A DNA stretch of 64,000 bases from Pseudobdellovibrionaceae bacterium (GTDB lineage Bacteria; Bdellovibrionota; Bdellovibrionia; Bdellovibrionales; Bdellovibrionaceae): the NCBI GenBank assembly GCA_044359815.1, contig JBIKLL010000003.1:1-64000 (forward strand), in the 5' to 3' direction. The position numbers were made by a program, and so were the translations under genes. This document shows, one piece after another, positions 28,577-37,312 of the stretch (its first letter is position 1; each line of letters opens with the position of its first letter). The notes beneath the pieces were generated by a model, which worked only from the letters and a program-made list of their open reading frames with translations, was not told the origin of the DNA and ran no database searches.

Positions 28577-29146
28577 ATGCAAAAGCAACTGAATCCAGAA
28601 CTATTTAAAACGGAAATCCGGACCGAAAATAAAAACTTAGGTTTTGAACAACCATCACACATCCCTGTGATCAAACAAGTTTCAATAACAGGTCAGTCAG
28701 GACAGAGCTTTCAAAGCGACGAAAGGTATGCAAGACCTGAATCTAAGTTCACAGAAATGATCAAAGAAAATTCGCAATTAAAATTGCAGGTTCAAGACTT
28801 AACCACCAAGTTTATGGAATATCAGAAAATCAACCAAACCCGCTTTGAGCGCTACAATCAGGCGATCACACAGTTGCAAGAAAACATGCAGGTTTTGGTT
28901 GGTGATTGGACTCAAAAAATCGGTAATTTGCAAAATAAATTAACCGACAGAAAAAATATGGACACCAAAATGCAAGAGACCATCGACCGTCACAATACAA
29001 TCCTGAAAGCGTTTGAATTGCGGTTGGGTCAGATGCAAAAAATCATCACTGAAAAAGACGAACAGATTAAAGAATTTCAATCCCTGTTGAACGATACAAA
29101 AATGGAATTGTCTCGAATCAAACGATTTGATGGCGGCACCTACTGA
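28577..29146 (+). CDS. Coiled-coil hypothetical protein
   Basis: 189 aa; GGAG RBS; heptad pattern. Confidence 0.75.
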   Translation: MQKQLNPELFKTEIRTENKNLGFEQPSHIPVIKQVSITGQSGQSFQSDERYARPESKFTEMIKENSQLKLQVQDLTTKFMEYQKINQTRFERYNQAITQLQENMQVLVGDWTQKIGNLQNKLTDRKNMDTKMQETIDRHNTILKAFELRLGQMQKIITEKDEQIKEFQSLLNDTKMELSRIKRFDGGTY

Positions 29147-29261
29147 GCCTACTGTTTGACATAATATCGGGGAACAACTGCTTGATTCAATAGCTGCCTC
29201 TAGCCCAAGGTCCAGACTGTGGAAACAAAAAATCTACCAGCTAGTCCTTTGCGGATCGCTG

Positions 29262-29360
29262 AATTTGAATTTCAAAAATCCAAATATTTGATTTTTCTTT
29301 TAAAGACCACAGCTCGTGCTTCTCTGCTCGGGCAGGCCCCCGCCATCCGGGCTCCGCAGT
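29262..29360 (-). repeat. Type II element, one-armed copy
   Basis: Reverse complement of 29305-29360 (ACTGCGGAGCCCGGATGGCGGGGGCCTGCCCGAGCAGAGAAGCACGAGCTGTGGTC) closely matches 34772-34828; only one AT-rich arm is present. Confidence 0.9.
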
Positions 29361-29369
29361 CGGGGAGGG

Positions 29370-30968
29370 CTATTTTTCGTTAAGCAGTTTGTTCATGCGC
29401 TCAAGCATGTTGTCAGCGGTTACAAATTCAGTCAGGGTCATATCTGAAACCCACTGTCCTTTTTTAGAATAAAAAACAATCGTGGGAAGACCCAGGATAT
29501 TATACTGTTTCTGAAAGGCATCCAATTGCGGACTGGGGTTTGTGGCATCAAACTTAAACATAGTGAACTGTTTAGAAAGCTCTATCACCCGTTTATCTGA
29601 AAAAGTTTGTTTCTCAAGCTGGATGCAGGCGCCACACCAATCAGCAAAGAAATCGATGATTATCGGTTTACCCGCCGTCTGAGCTGCAGTTAAAGACTCT
29701 TGAGTGAATTTTTGCCAAGCCGGATTATCGACGACCTGATGTTCATCAAAAAATTCAGAGCTCTTCTGGAAAATCTGATTTTTTAAAAGACTGGCATAGT
29801 GAAGCAGTGTTAGAGCCAAAAACGCAGCTATAACGTATTTTACAGTTTTCATCCACGGTCCAGATTTAGGCAGCTTGCTGGCAAAGTTTGAAGACAATCC
29901 GATAAATAAAAATAACTGACCAAACCCAATGGCGTAAACAAACAGCAATACAAAACCCAAAAGAGTATTTTGAGTCGTAGCCACAAAAGTCAAAATACTG
30001 ATGATGACAGGGCCTACGCAAGGGCTGGCGATCACGCCGGCGCCAACTCCAGTTACAAAAACTCCACCTAATCCGGCATGAGGACTGGCAAAATAATTTT
30101 GCAGTCTCTGTGGGGCCTGAAAATTTATAATACCCACCATACTTAGAATCATCAGAACTAATACCAAGCAAACAAAGCCCAAAACAAATGGGTGATTCAT
30201 ATAAGACCCAAACAGCTTGCCTGTACTGGCAGCTAAAACTCCCAAGGACGAAAAGCTGGTGGCAATACCCAGCACATAAACATTGCTGGCAACAAAGGAC
30301 TGCCATCTGGTTTTGCTGCCGGATTCCCGACCCAGAACTGCGATGGTGATGGGAATCATTGGAAACACACAAGGTGTAAAACTGGTCAGTAGACCCATGG
30401 CAAAGGTCACCAACAGGATCATCAAAATATTGTCAGAAACTGGTATATCAAAACCAAAAATATTTAGAGGGGGCAGCTTTAGTTTTGAACTGGGTTTTGG
30501 GGTTTCAGAAATTTTAATCAAAGTTTTGAGTTTAAGTGTTTTTGGGAACAAACAAAATTTTTCAGTGCAGGCTTGATAGGTCAAAATAAACTCGGATTCA
30601 AAATCAGATTGGGATTTAAAATCGGGCAGTTCAACGGTCGCTGTGGCTACTGACTGTTTTATTAAAATATCACGGTCTTTGTTGGAAAATTTATCAAACA
30701 ATTTTTTGGAATCTGCTGACTGAAATTTTGTAGCGCTGATTGGAAATTCAGGTGAAGACGTTAGGCTTAAATTATCCAAATAAACTTTGTAACCATCTGC
30801 GATCTGCAAAACTACTTTAGCCGTAGCGATTTGTTGTGCAGTCAGAACCTGAGGCTCAAACTGCAATGTTGCCGAAACGGGCTCAGCCACATCAACCAGA
30901 CCAAAGGAGGGTTTAGCAAATCCCGAAATCAGACCGAATACTAAACTGAACATCAAAAAAGTTCTCAT
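29370..30968 (-). CDS. dsbD: Protein-disulfide reductase DsbD
   Basis: YQACTEKFC, SFTPCVFPMIP, ASPCVGP, FADWCGAC thioredoxin. Confidence 0.93.
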   Translation of the reverse strand: MRTFLMFSLVFGLISGFAKPSFGLVDVAEPVSATLQFEPQVLTAQQIATAKVVLQIADGYKVYLDNLSLTSSPEFPISATKFQSADSKKLFDKFSNKDRDILIKQSVATATVELPDFKSQSDFESEFILTYQACTEKFCLFPKTLKLKTLIKISETPKPSSKLKLPPLNIFGFDIPVSDNILMILLVTFAMGLLTSFTPCVFPMIPITIAVLGRESGSKTRWQSFVASNVYVLGIATSFSSLGVLAASTGKLFGSYMNHPFVLGFVCLVLVLMILSMVGIINFQAPQRLQNYFASPHAGLGGVFVTGVGAGVIASPCVGPVIISILTFVATTQNTLLGFVLLFVYAIGFGQLFLFIGLSSNFASKLPKSGPWMKTVKYVIAAFLALTLLHYASLLKNQIFQKSSEFFDEHQVVDNPAWQKFTQESLTAAQTAGKPIIIDFFADWCGACIQLEKQTFSDKRVIELSKQFTMFKFDATNPSPQLDAFQKQYNILGLPTIVFYSKKGQWVSDMTLTEFVTADNMLERMNKLLNEK

Positions 30969-31068
30969 GTAGGCAGTGTACCCTACATTGGGCCCAGTCG
31001 CTACTGCCACCGCGGCCAGACCAAGAGCCAGATGTCGTAAAAATATGCAGGTTAATTAGGGAAATCCT

Positions 31069-31095
31069 TTAATGAAACAAGATTCCTACCGATTC
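31069..31095 (+). promoter_or_regulatory. Putative sigma-28 promoter of motAB
   Basis: TTAA-N15-ACCGATTC upstream of motA. Confidence 0.55.
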
Positions 31096-31124
31096 ATAGA
31101 ATTGAAAAACCAAATGAGGAAAAC

Positions 31125-31991
31125 ATGGGATTTGTAGGTATATTAGTCGTTTTCGGTACAGTGTTTGGCGGATTTATCATCGCTGGCGGTCATATGTCGG
31201 TGATTATTAAATCTGCTCCGATCGAGATGTTAATTATCGGTGGTGCGGCACTTGGTGCCTACATCATCGCAAACCCAATGAAGATCATTAAAATGGGCAT
31301 CAAGCTTTCAATCAAAGCCATGACTTCTAAAGGGCCCCAGAAACAAGATTACGTTCAGTTGTTGCAATTATTGTTTCAGATTTTTCAATTGTTCAGAAAA
31401 GACGGCCCTCAAGCTGTTGAAAAGCACATCGAGAATCCAGAAAAGTCAGAAATATTTTCTGCTTACCCTAGTTTTCTACACAATCACCACGCAGTTCATT
31501 TTATGTGCGACACTATGAAGATCACATTGTCAGCGGATTTATCCCCTTATGATGTGGATGATTTGCTGGATTTTGATTTGAAGGCCATTCACTCAGAAGA
31601 ACACCATGCTCAGCATGCCGTTCAAACGGTTTCAGACGGTTTTCCTGGTTTGGGGATCGTTGCCGCGGTTTTGGGTATCGTGAAAACGATGGATCACTTA
31701 ACTGAAGGGGTTGAGGTTATTGGAGCCTTGGTTGCCGGAGCCCTCGTTGGAACAATGTTGGGGGTTTTCTGTGCTTACGGTTTGATCGGTCCAACTGCTA
31801 CAAAGATGGGTGCTGATATCGAAGCAGAAGGTCGTTATTTAAATTGTATCAAAGCAGCAATGGTTGCTTTGCAAAGGGGAGCTCCTCCGTTGGTGTGTGT
31901 TGAGTATGCACGTCGATGCATCCAACCAGAAGAGCGTCCAAGTTTTGAAGAAATGGATAAGGCTACAAAAGAAATTAAAAAAGCAGCGTAA
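31125..31991 (+). CDS. motA: Flagellar motor stator protein MotA
   Basis: PGLGIVAAVLG, ALVGT, EYARR, RPSFEEM. Confidence 0.95.
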   Translation: MGFVGILVVFGTVFGGFIIAGGHMSVIIKSAPIEMLIIGGAALGAYIIANPMKIIKMGIKLSIKAMTSKGPQKQDYVQLLQLLFQIFQLFRKDGPQAVEKHIENPEKSEIFSAYPSFLHNHHAVHFMCDTMKITLSADLSPYDVDDLLDFDLKAIHSEEHHAQHAVQTVSDGFPGLGIVAAVLGIVKTMDHLTEGVEVIGALVAGALVGTMLGVFCAYGLIGPTATKMGADIEAEGRYLNCIKAAMVALQRGAPPLVCVEYARRCIQPEERPSFEEMDKATKEIKKAA

Positions 31992-32073
31992 GCAGCACGG
32001 CGCGCTTGCGGATACGGCGAGCGAAGTGAGGCACGGCACGGCTAGCGGGAATGAAGAAAGGTTTATGACTTAA

Positions 32074-33048
32074 ATGGCAGCAGAGAAAAAAGGTCAGACG
32101 ATAGTCATTAAAAAGATCTACAACGTGGCCGCTGGTCACGGTGGAGCTTGGAAAGTTGCCTTGGCAGACTTTATGACTGCGATGATGGCCTTTTTCTTGG
32201 TGATGTGGCTGTTATCACAGTCAGAAGAAACTAAAAAAGCCGTTTCAGATTATTTTTCAACTCCATCTATTATTGAATATAACTTTCAAAACTTTGGTGT
32301 GGAAATCACTTTGGAAAAACTGTTTTTAGATTTGATTAATGAGCCACTCAAGGCCTTCCAATCATTTTTGGAACCCATAGATAAAACACCTAATCTGATG
32401 GACATGGGGTCCGAGAAAGTGGTCGCCGCATTTATGGCCGATAAAATGCAAGATGTGGCCAAAAATGTGAATATAAATCCGGATGGTTTTGAATTTGATA
32501 TTATGGATTACGAACTGTTTATTCCTGGTACTGCAAATCCCAATCAGAATTTTGTAACTAACATGGACAGGATCAAACACATTACCGTGGGATTAGAGGA
32601 CGCTGAAATAAAAATTGAATCAAGACTTTTTAATCAATCAGTCAGTGGCAGTAACCCTGAACTGGCCAAGCAAGTAGCCAGTGAACGTGTTGATATTCTG
32701 AAAAATAAAATTGCTGCATCACTGGAGCATCCAACTGTGGAAGTCACGGGCAGAGCTTTGGTTGAAAACAAAGGAAACTTTGTTGAGGGCCAGAGTCAGC
32801 GTCCTCCGGGGATGATCAATATCAGAATCAAGATGAAGGAAGTCAAAGCTGACGGAAGTAAGCCCAGAAAACTGGATACTTTGTTTGGTAAGTCTGACAG
32901 CAAAATGAATGTCTATGACAACTTTGTAAAACAATTGTCCGAGCAGAAAAAAAACGGTCGCAGTTCAAAAACTGAAAACCGTCGTAAATCTGATGAATCT
33001 GAAGCTGCTCCGACTGAAAATTCAGCTCCAAATAAAATTAAAAATTAG
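32074..33048 (+). CDS. motB: Flagellar motor protein MotB (divergent periplasmic domain)
   Basis: HGGAWKVALADFMTAMMAFFLVMWL. Confidence 0.9.
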   Translation: MAAEKKGQTIVIKKIYNVAAGHGGAWKVALADFMTAMMAFFLVMWLLSQSEETKKAVSDYFSTPSIIEYNFQNFGVEITLEKLFLDLINEPLKAFQSFLEPIDKTPNLMDMGSEKVVAAFMADKMQDVAKNVNINPDGFEFDIMDYELFIPGTANPNQNFVTNMDRIKHITVGLEDAEIKIESRLFNQSVSGSNPELAKQVASERVDILKNKIAASLEHPTVEVTGRALVENKGNFVEGQSQRPPGMINIRIKMKEVKADGSKPRKLDTLFGKSDSKMNVYDNFVKQLSEQKKNGRSSKTENRRKSDESEAAPTENSAPNKIKN

Positions 33049-33784
33049 CTTTTAGCTCAGCGAAAAACATTGCCTTGGCACGGCCATTGAACTGCGATGG
33101 TGTCGATGTAACAGTGCTAACCAGTGCAAAAGAGCTGATGGCCCATTTGTAACGAAGAGCCACCCTGGTATCAAAATAATTGGTAAAGCCATCGGCTTGG
33201 ATCATTGAATAACCCGCAACAGTGTCCAAAAACATTCCCCACATTGGCCATTCTTTGCCAAAGGCAAACCAATACCGACCCTTGCGTTGAGCTTCGAAGT
33301 TATCTTCGTTTTCAATCAGCACATGATAAGTGTACAGGTTTAAATCAAAGCCCCATATGTTGCCATTTCTGGCAGGATCGGAAACATATCTTGAATATTT
33401 GTAGTTTGCTGTCAGATCCACACCTGCAGTGATATCAAATTTTAAATTTCCAACAATTCTGTAGTTAAAATGGTTGTCTTCGCCAACATATTTCACGTTG
33501 CTGCCCCAGATTCCTAAAAAACCCGACGTGTATTGCAACCCAAACGCCATCTGTCCTGCGGGTTCTTGTTCGGTTTGAGTTAGTCCCTTGTCTGTATAGT
33601 TTGTCAGCAACACGATTTCGGCCCCCAGTTTTGGGCCAGTGCCGGATTTGCTGTCAGTTTTTGATTGAGCCATGGTGTTGAAACTTGTGAAAGTAATCAA
33701 AATTGAAAAACCTAAAACTAAAAAAGTAAGTTTAATACCTAAATTGAACATCCAATTAATATTACTCAAAAATTTGCCAATCAA
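33038..33784 (-). CDS. TorF/Gcw_chp family putative porin
   Basis: TNYTDKGLTQT...PAGQ...GIWGSNV pattern; C-terminal F; start uncertain. Confidence 0.7.
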   Translation of the reverse strand: MIGKFLSNINWMFNLGIKLTFLVLGFSILITFTSFNTMAQSKTDSKSGTGPKLGAEIVLLTNYTDKGLTQTEQEPAGQMAFGLQYTSGFLGIWGSNVKYVGEDNHFNYRIVGNLKFDITAGVDLTANYKYSRYVSDPARNGNIWGFDLNLYTYHVLIENEDNFEAQRKGRYWFAFGKEWPMWGMFLDTVAGYSMIQADGFTNYFDTRVALRYKWAISSFALVSTVTSTPSQFNGRAKAMFFAELKANF

Positions 33785-33834
33785 AAACTACAAGATTTAA
33801 TCACCTGGACTTCTGGATAACTGGACATCACAAA

Positions 33835-34668
33835 ATGCTGATGATATGGACATCTTCTATGTCTGTAACTCTGATAGCCTTTGACACTGAAACTTCTGGC
33901 GCCTTTCCGATCGGCTCTGAAATAGTCGAGTTTGCTGCGGTTAAATGGCGCGATGGGCAGATCGTCGATAAATTTCAAACATTGTTGAAGCCCTCTGTAC
34001 CCATGAGTGATTTTATTATCAAGATTCACGGGATCACCAATCAGATGGTTCAGGACGCGCCTTTGATGAAGGACAAAATTTCTGAAATTCATAGTTTTTT
34101 GTCTGATGGTATACCGTTGGCCCATCATGCGGCCTTTGACATGGGTTTTTTAGCTATCGAGTTTGAAAAACATAATTTGCCCATGCTCAGTCAGAAAGTT
34201 CTATGCACTTCGCTGCTGGCCCGAAACGTAATTACGGGCACACCGAATCATAAATTACAGACTTTGATCCCGTTTTTAAAAATCAAACAGGGGACTGCTC
34301 ACCGTGCCTTGGATGATAGCGAAGCTTGTTTGCAGGTTGGGATTCACTGCCTGCAGAAAATAGAATGCTTGGATGATCCAGAAAAAGCCTTCGCCAAAAT
34401 TAATTGCAGTTTTAAATGGCAGGATTTTTTAGTTCTCAAATCGGGTAGCGATAAAATTAAAATCATCGTCGAAGCCATTGAAAAAAAGTTGCCAATGGAT
34501 TTGATTTATTTTGGCGGATCCACACAAGGTCAATCGCGCAGGATTTCACCTGTCGGTTTGGTCAGAACTCCGGAAGGGGATTTTGTGCAGGCTCTTTGTC
34601 ACCGAGATAATTCTTATAAGCGTTTTTACGTCGACAAGATGAAAGACCCTCAGCTGGGATTAGTATAA
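33835..34668 (+). CDS. DEDDh 3'-5' exonuclease with C-terminal WYL-like domain
   Basis: FDTETSG, AHHAAFD, HRALDD; C-terminal Y...RRISP...ALCH...KRFYVDKM. Confidence 0.85.
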   Translation: MLMIWTSSMSVTLIAFDTETSGAFPIGSEIVEFAAVKWRDGQIVDKFQTLLKPSVPMSDFIIKIHGITNQMVQDAPLMKDKISEIHSFLSDGIPLAHHAAFDMGFLAIEFEKHNLPMLSQKVLCTSLLARNVITGTPNHKLQTLIPFLKIKQGTAHRALDDSEACLQVGIHCLQKIECLDDPEKAFAKINCSFKWQDFLVLKSGSDKIKIIVEAIEKKLPMDLIYFGGSTQGQSRRISPVGLVRTPEGDFVQALCHRDNSYKRFYVDKMKDPQLGLV

Positions 34669-34706
34669 AGAGCTATCAGCTACTGCTAATTATAAATTTG
34701 GAACCG

Positions 34707-34888
34707 CCCCATCTTTGTTACTGAAAATAAAATTTAGAATTTTAAATATTTGTTTTTACATAAAAAGACCCTCTGCGGAGCCTGGACGGCGGGGGCACGG
34801 CCCGAGCAGAGAAGCAGGAGCTGTGGTCTTTTTATGTAAAAACAAATATTTAAAATTCTAAATTTTATTTTCAGTAACGAAGATGGGG
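34707..34888. repeat. Type II palindromic element (64 bp arms, 54 nt structured core)
   Basis: Arms 34707-34770/34825-34888 are complementary at 63 of 64; core 34771-34824; extra outer pairing 34683-34705/34896-34917. Confidence 0.97.
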
Positions 34889-34906
34889 GTTAGTTGGTTC
34901 AAATTT

Positions 34907-35533
34907 CTAATTAGCAGGTGCAAATTCGACAGTGGTTGAGCCCGCAGGCCCAGTCAAAGTCAGTTTGGATTCACTGGCTTCTGCCATAGAAGTTGGCAAA
35001 GAAAAAGTTATTTTATACGGAGTGCTCCAACGATTAAAATGCGGATACAGGGCGACCAGTTCGGCCGGCAGTGTTTTTAGTTTTTCTGCTTTGCCTTCGT
35101 AGCGCTTACCAGACACATCCAAAAATATTTTCCATAAAGTTTTTGGTTTATTTAAATCGTCTAATTTTCGATCCGGAACATAGAAGCTAAAAAAAATCGT
35201 CGTCAGATTGGAAAGCTCAGATTCCCTTTTGGATTTTTCGGAACTGTACTGCAGCTCACTCCATTGATAGATCCTGGCATATTGATCGACCTGCAGTCGG
35301 GAAACCTTGGTATTCATCAGTGTCGCATAAAATTCAAAAGCCGCATGAAAGCCATCATAAATCTGTTTTCTTTCGGTAGAGTCTTTTACTGCCGAAAAAT
35401 ATTCGCTTTCAGATGTCAAAGTCAGGTTGGGATTGTTGTGAGTGGTTTGGCATCCTGACAATGCAAGAACTAAAATTCCAAAAAGCAGTGTTTTATTTAA
35501 AATAGATTTTTGATGTCTGTTGAATCTGAACAT
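34907..35533 (-). CDS. Hypothetical lipoprotein
   Basis: Lipobox LSG|C. Confidence 0.78.
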   Translation of the reverse strand: MFRFNRHQKSILNKTLLFGILVLALSGCQTTHNNPNLTLTSESEYFSAVKDSTERKQIYDGFHAAFEFYATLMNTKVSRLQVDQYARIYQWSELQYSSEKSKRESELSNLTTIFFSFYVPDRKLDDLNKPKTLWKIFLDVSGKRYEGKAEKLKTLPAELVALYPHFNRWSTPYKITFSLPTSMAEASESKLTLTGPAGSTTVEFAPAN

Positions 35534-35565
35534 ACTGCTATATCAGCCTGTCCGAATATTTGTGG

Positions 35566-37230
35566 TCAAGTCAAAATTGTATCAGAAGCTTTTTTGTTTT
35601 CAAAATCCAATGGCTCCCAGGCAGACACGGGACAATCGATGTTGTAATGTATGCCTCGAGATTCCTTGCGGCGGAGTGCGCATTCAACAGTCAGCTTGGC
35701 AAAGGTTGCTATGTTTCGCAGTTCTAAAATATTTGGATGCACCTTCATGTTGTCATAGTAATCTTTAACTTCACTTTGAATCAGCTGCAGTCGGTGCAGG
35801 GCTCGGTCCAACCGTTTGTTGGATCTGACTATGCCAACATAATTCCACATCAATGTTCTGACCTCATCCCACATATGATGAATCACTGCCATTTCATCAG
35901 CATCGGTATTTTGAGGGGCCACCCACTGTTGAATCTGCAGTGGTGAAAGCGGCTGGCGCTTTTTTGATATTTCTAGGTAGCAATTATGAGACATGCAAAG
36001 GCATTCCAGCAAACTGTTCGAAGCCAATCGGTTGGCTCCGTGAAAGCCTGTGCAGGCAGTTTCCCCAATGGCAAACAGGCCCGTGATGTCAGTGTTTCCA
36101 TTAAGGTCAGTCAGAACTCCACCGCACAGATAATGGGCTGCGGGAACCACTGGAATTGGCTTTTCAGAAATATCTAATCCCAGCTCTAAGCACCGTTGGT
36201 AAATAACAGGAAATCGTTCCGCCAAAAACTGTTTTGAAAATTTGCTGGTATCTAGAAACACACAGGGCTCACCCGATTTTTTAATTTCTGAATCAATAAA
36301 TCTGGCGACGATATCCCTGGGAGCTAACGAGCCTTTTTCGTGATGTTTTTTCATGAAAGCATCGCCTTGATGATTGATCAATTCGGCGCCTTCGCCCCGA
36401 AGCGCTTCGCTGATCAAGAAATTTCTGGAATCTTTGTGATAAAGACAAGTCGGATGAAACTGCATAAACTCCAGATTAGCGACGCGAGCCCCTGCTCTGT
36501 GTGCCATCGCGATGCCGTCCCCGGTAGCTCCTGTCCAATTGGAAGTGTAAAGATAAGCGCGACCCGCTCCACCAGTCGCCAAAATTGTGTGAGCAGATTT
36601 GAAAGCCACAACATGGCCAGAATTTTTATCTAAAACATAAGCGCCTATGCATTTGTTGGGTCCAACGCTCAGGCGATCAACAGTTTTGTTCAGCACCAGA
36701 TCAACAACGTAATGTTGCTCAAAAATATGGATATTTGATTGCTTTAAAACTTGGGCCAAAACTGTGCGATGGATTTCGCCGCCAGTGTGATCCTCAACGT
36801 GTAAAATCCTGCGATAATCATGACCGCCTTCTTTGGTTAAATCGATGTTTTTACTGTCTTTCTTAAGGTCAAATTGGACTCCCCATTTTAGCAAGTCATT
36901 GATCCGTTCGGGGGCTTGTTCTACATAATTTTTAACCACTTCGGGGTGGCATAGACCCGCCCCTGCACGCAAAGTGTCAAAAATATGATTTTCAAAACTG
37001 TCTTCGCTGGAAATTGCGGCTGCAATTCCACCTTGGGCCCAATTGGTGTTTGTGCTTTTTGCTTTATCTTTAGTCACAATTGCGACTGTGCCCAGCTGGC
37101 AAGCCTTCAGGGCAAAGGAAAGCCCAGCCAGTCCAGAGCCAATGACCAAAAAATCATATTCAAATTTGCGATTTGAATATGAATCAGTTTTTGTATTTTC
37201 AGAATGTGAATTCATTTTTAGAATTTCCAA
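35566..37230 (-). CDS. nadB: L-aspartate oxidase
   Basis: GSGLAG, WAQGGIAA, EFMQFHPT, SEALRGEG, AAHYLCGG, HGANRLASNSL. Confidence 0.95.
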   Translation of the reverse strand: MEILKMNSHSENTKTDSYSNRKFEYDFLVIGSGLAGLSFALKACQLGTVAIVTKDKAKSTNTNWAQGGIAAAISSEDSFENHIFDTLRAGAGLCHPEVVKNYVEQAPERINDLLKWGVQFDLKKDSKNIDLTKEGGHDYRRILHVEDHTGGEIHRTVLAQVLKQSNIHIFEQHYVVDLVLNKTVDRLSVGPNKCIGAYVLDKNSGHVVAFKSAHTILATGGAGRAYLYTSNWTGATGDGIAMAHRAGARVANLEFMQFHPTCLYHKDSRNFLISEALRGEGAELINHQGDAFMKKHHEKGSLAPRDIVARFIDSEIKKSGEPCVFLDTSKFSKQFLAERFPVIYQRCLELGLDISEKPIPVVPAAHYLCGGVLTDLNGNTDITGLFAIGETACTGFHGANRLASNSLLECLCMSHNCYLEISKKRQPLSPLQIQQWVAPQNTDADEMAVIHHMWDEVRTLMWNYVGIVRSNKRLDRALHRLQLIQSEVKDYYDNMKVHPNILELRNIATFAKLTVECALRRKESRGIHYNIDCPVSAWEPLDFENKKASDTILT

Positions 37231-37312
37231 TCAGTATTCAGCTATTCCGAGAGCACTCTTACTTGATTTGTCAGGAAAGCTCAAAGACAATATTTCAGAG
37301 GCGGTAGCAAGG

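Noticed and set aside
37043..37312. N-terminal extension of the histidine kinase ORF
   Set aside because: Overlaps nadB antisense; ATG 37313 precedes the first TM and is the more plausible start
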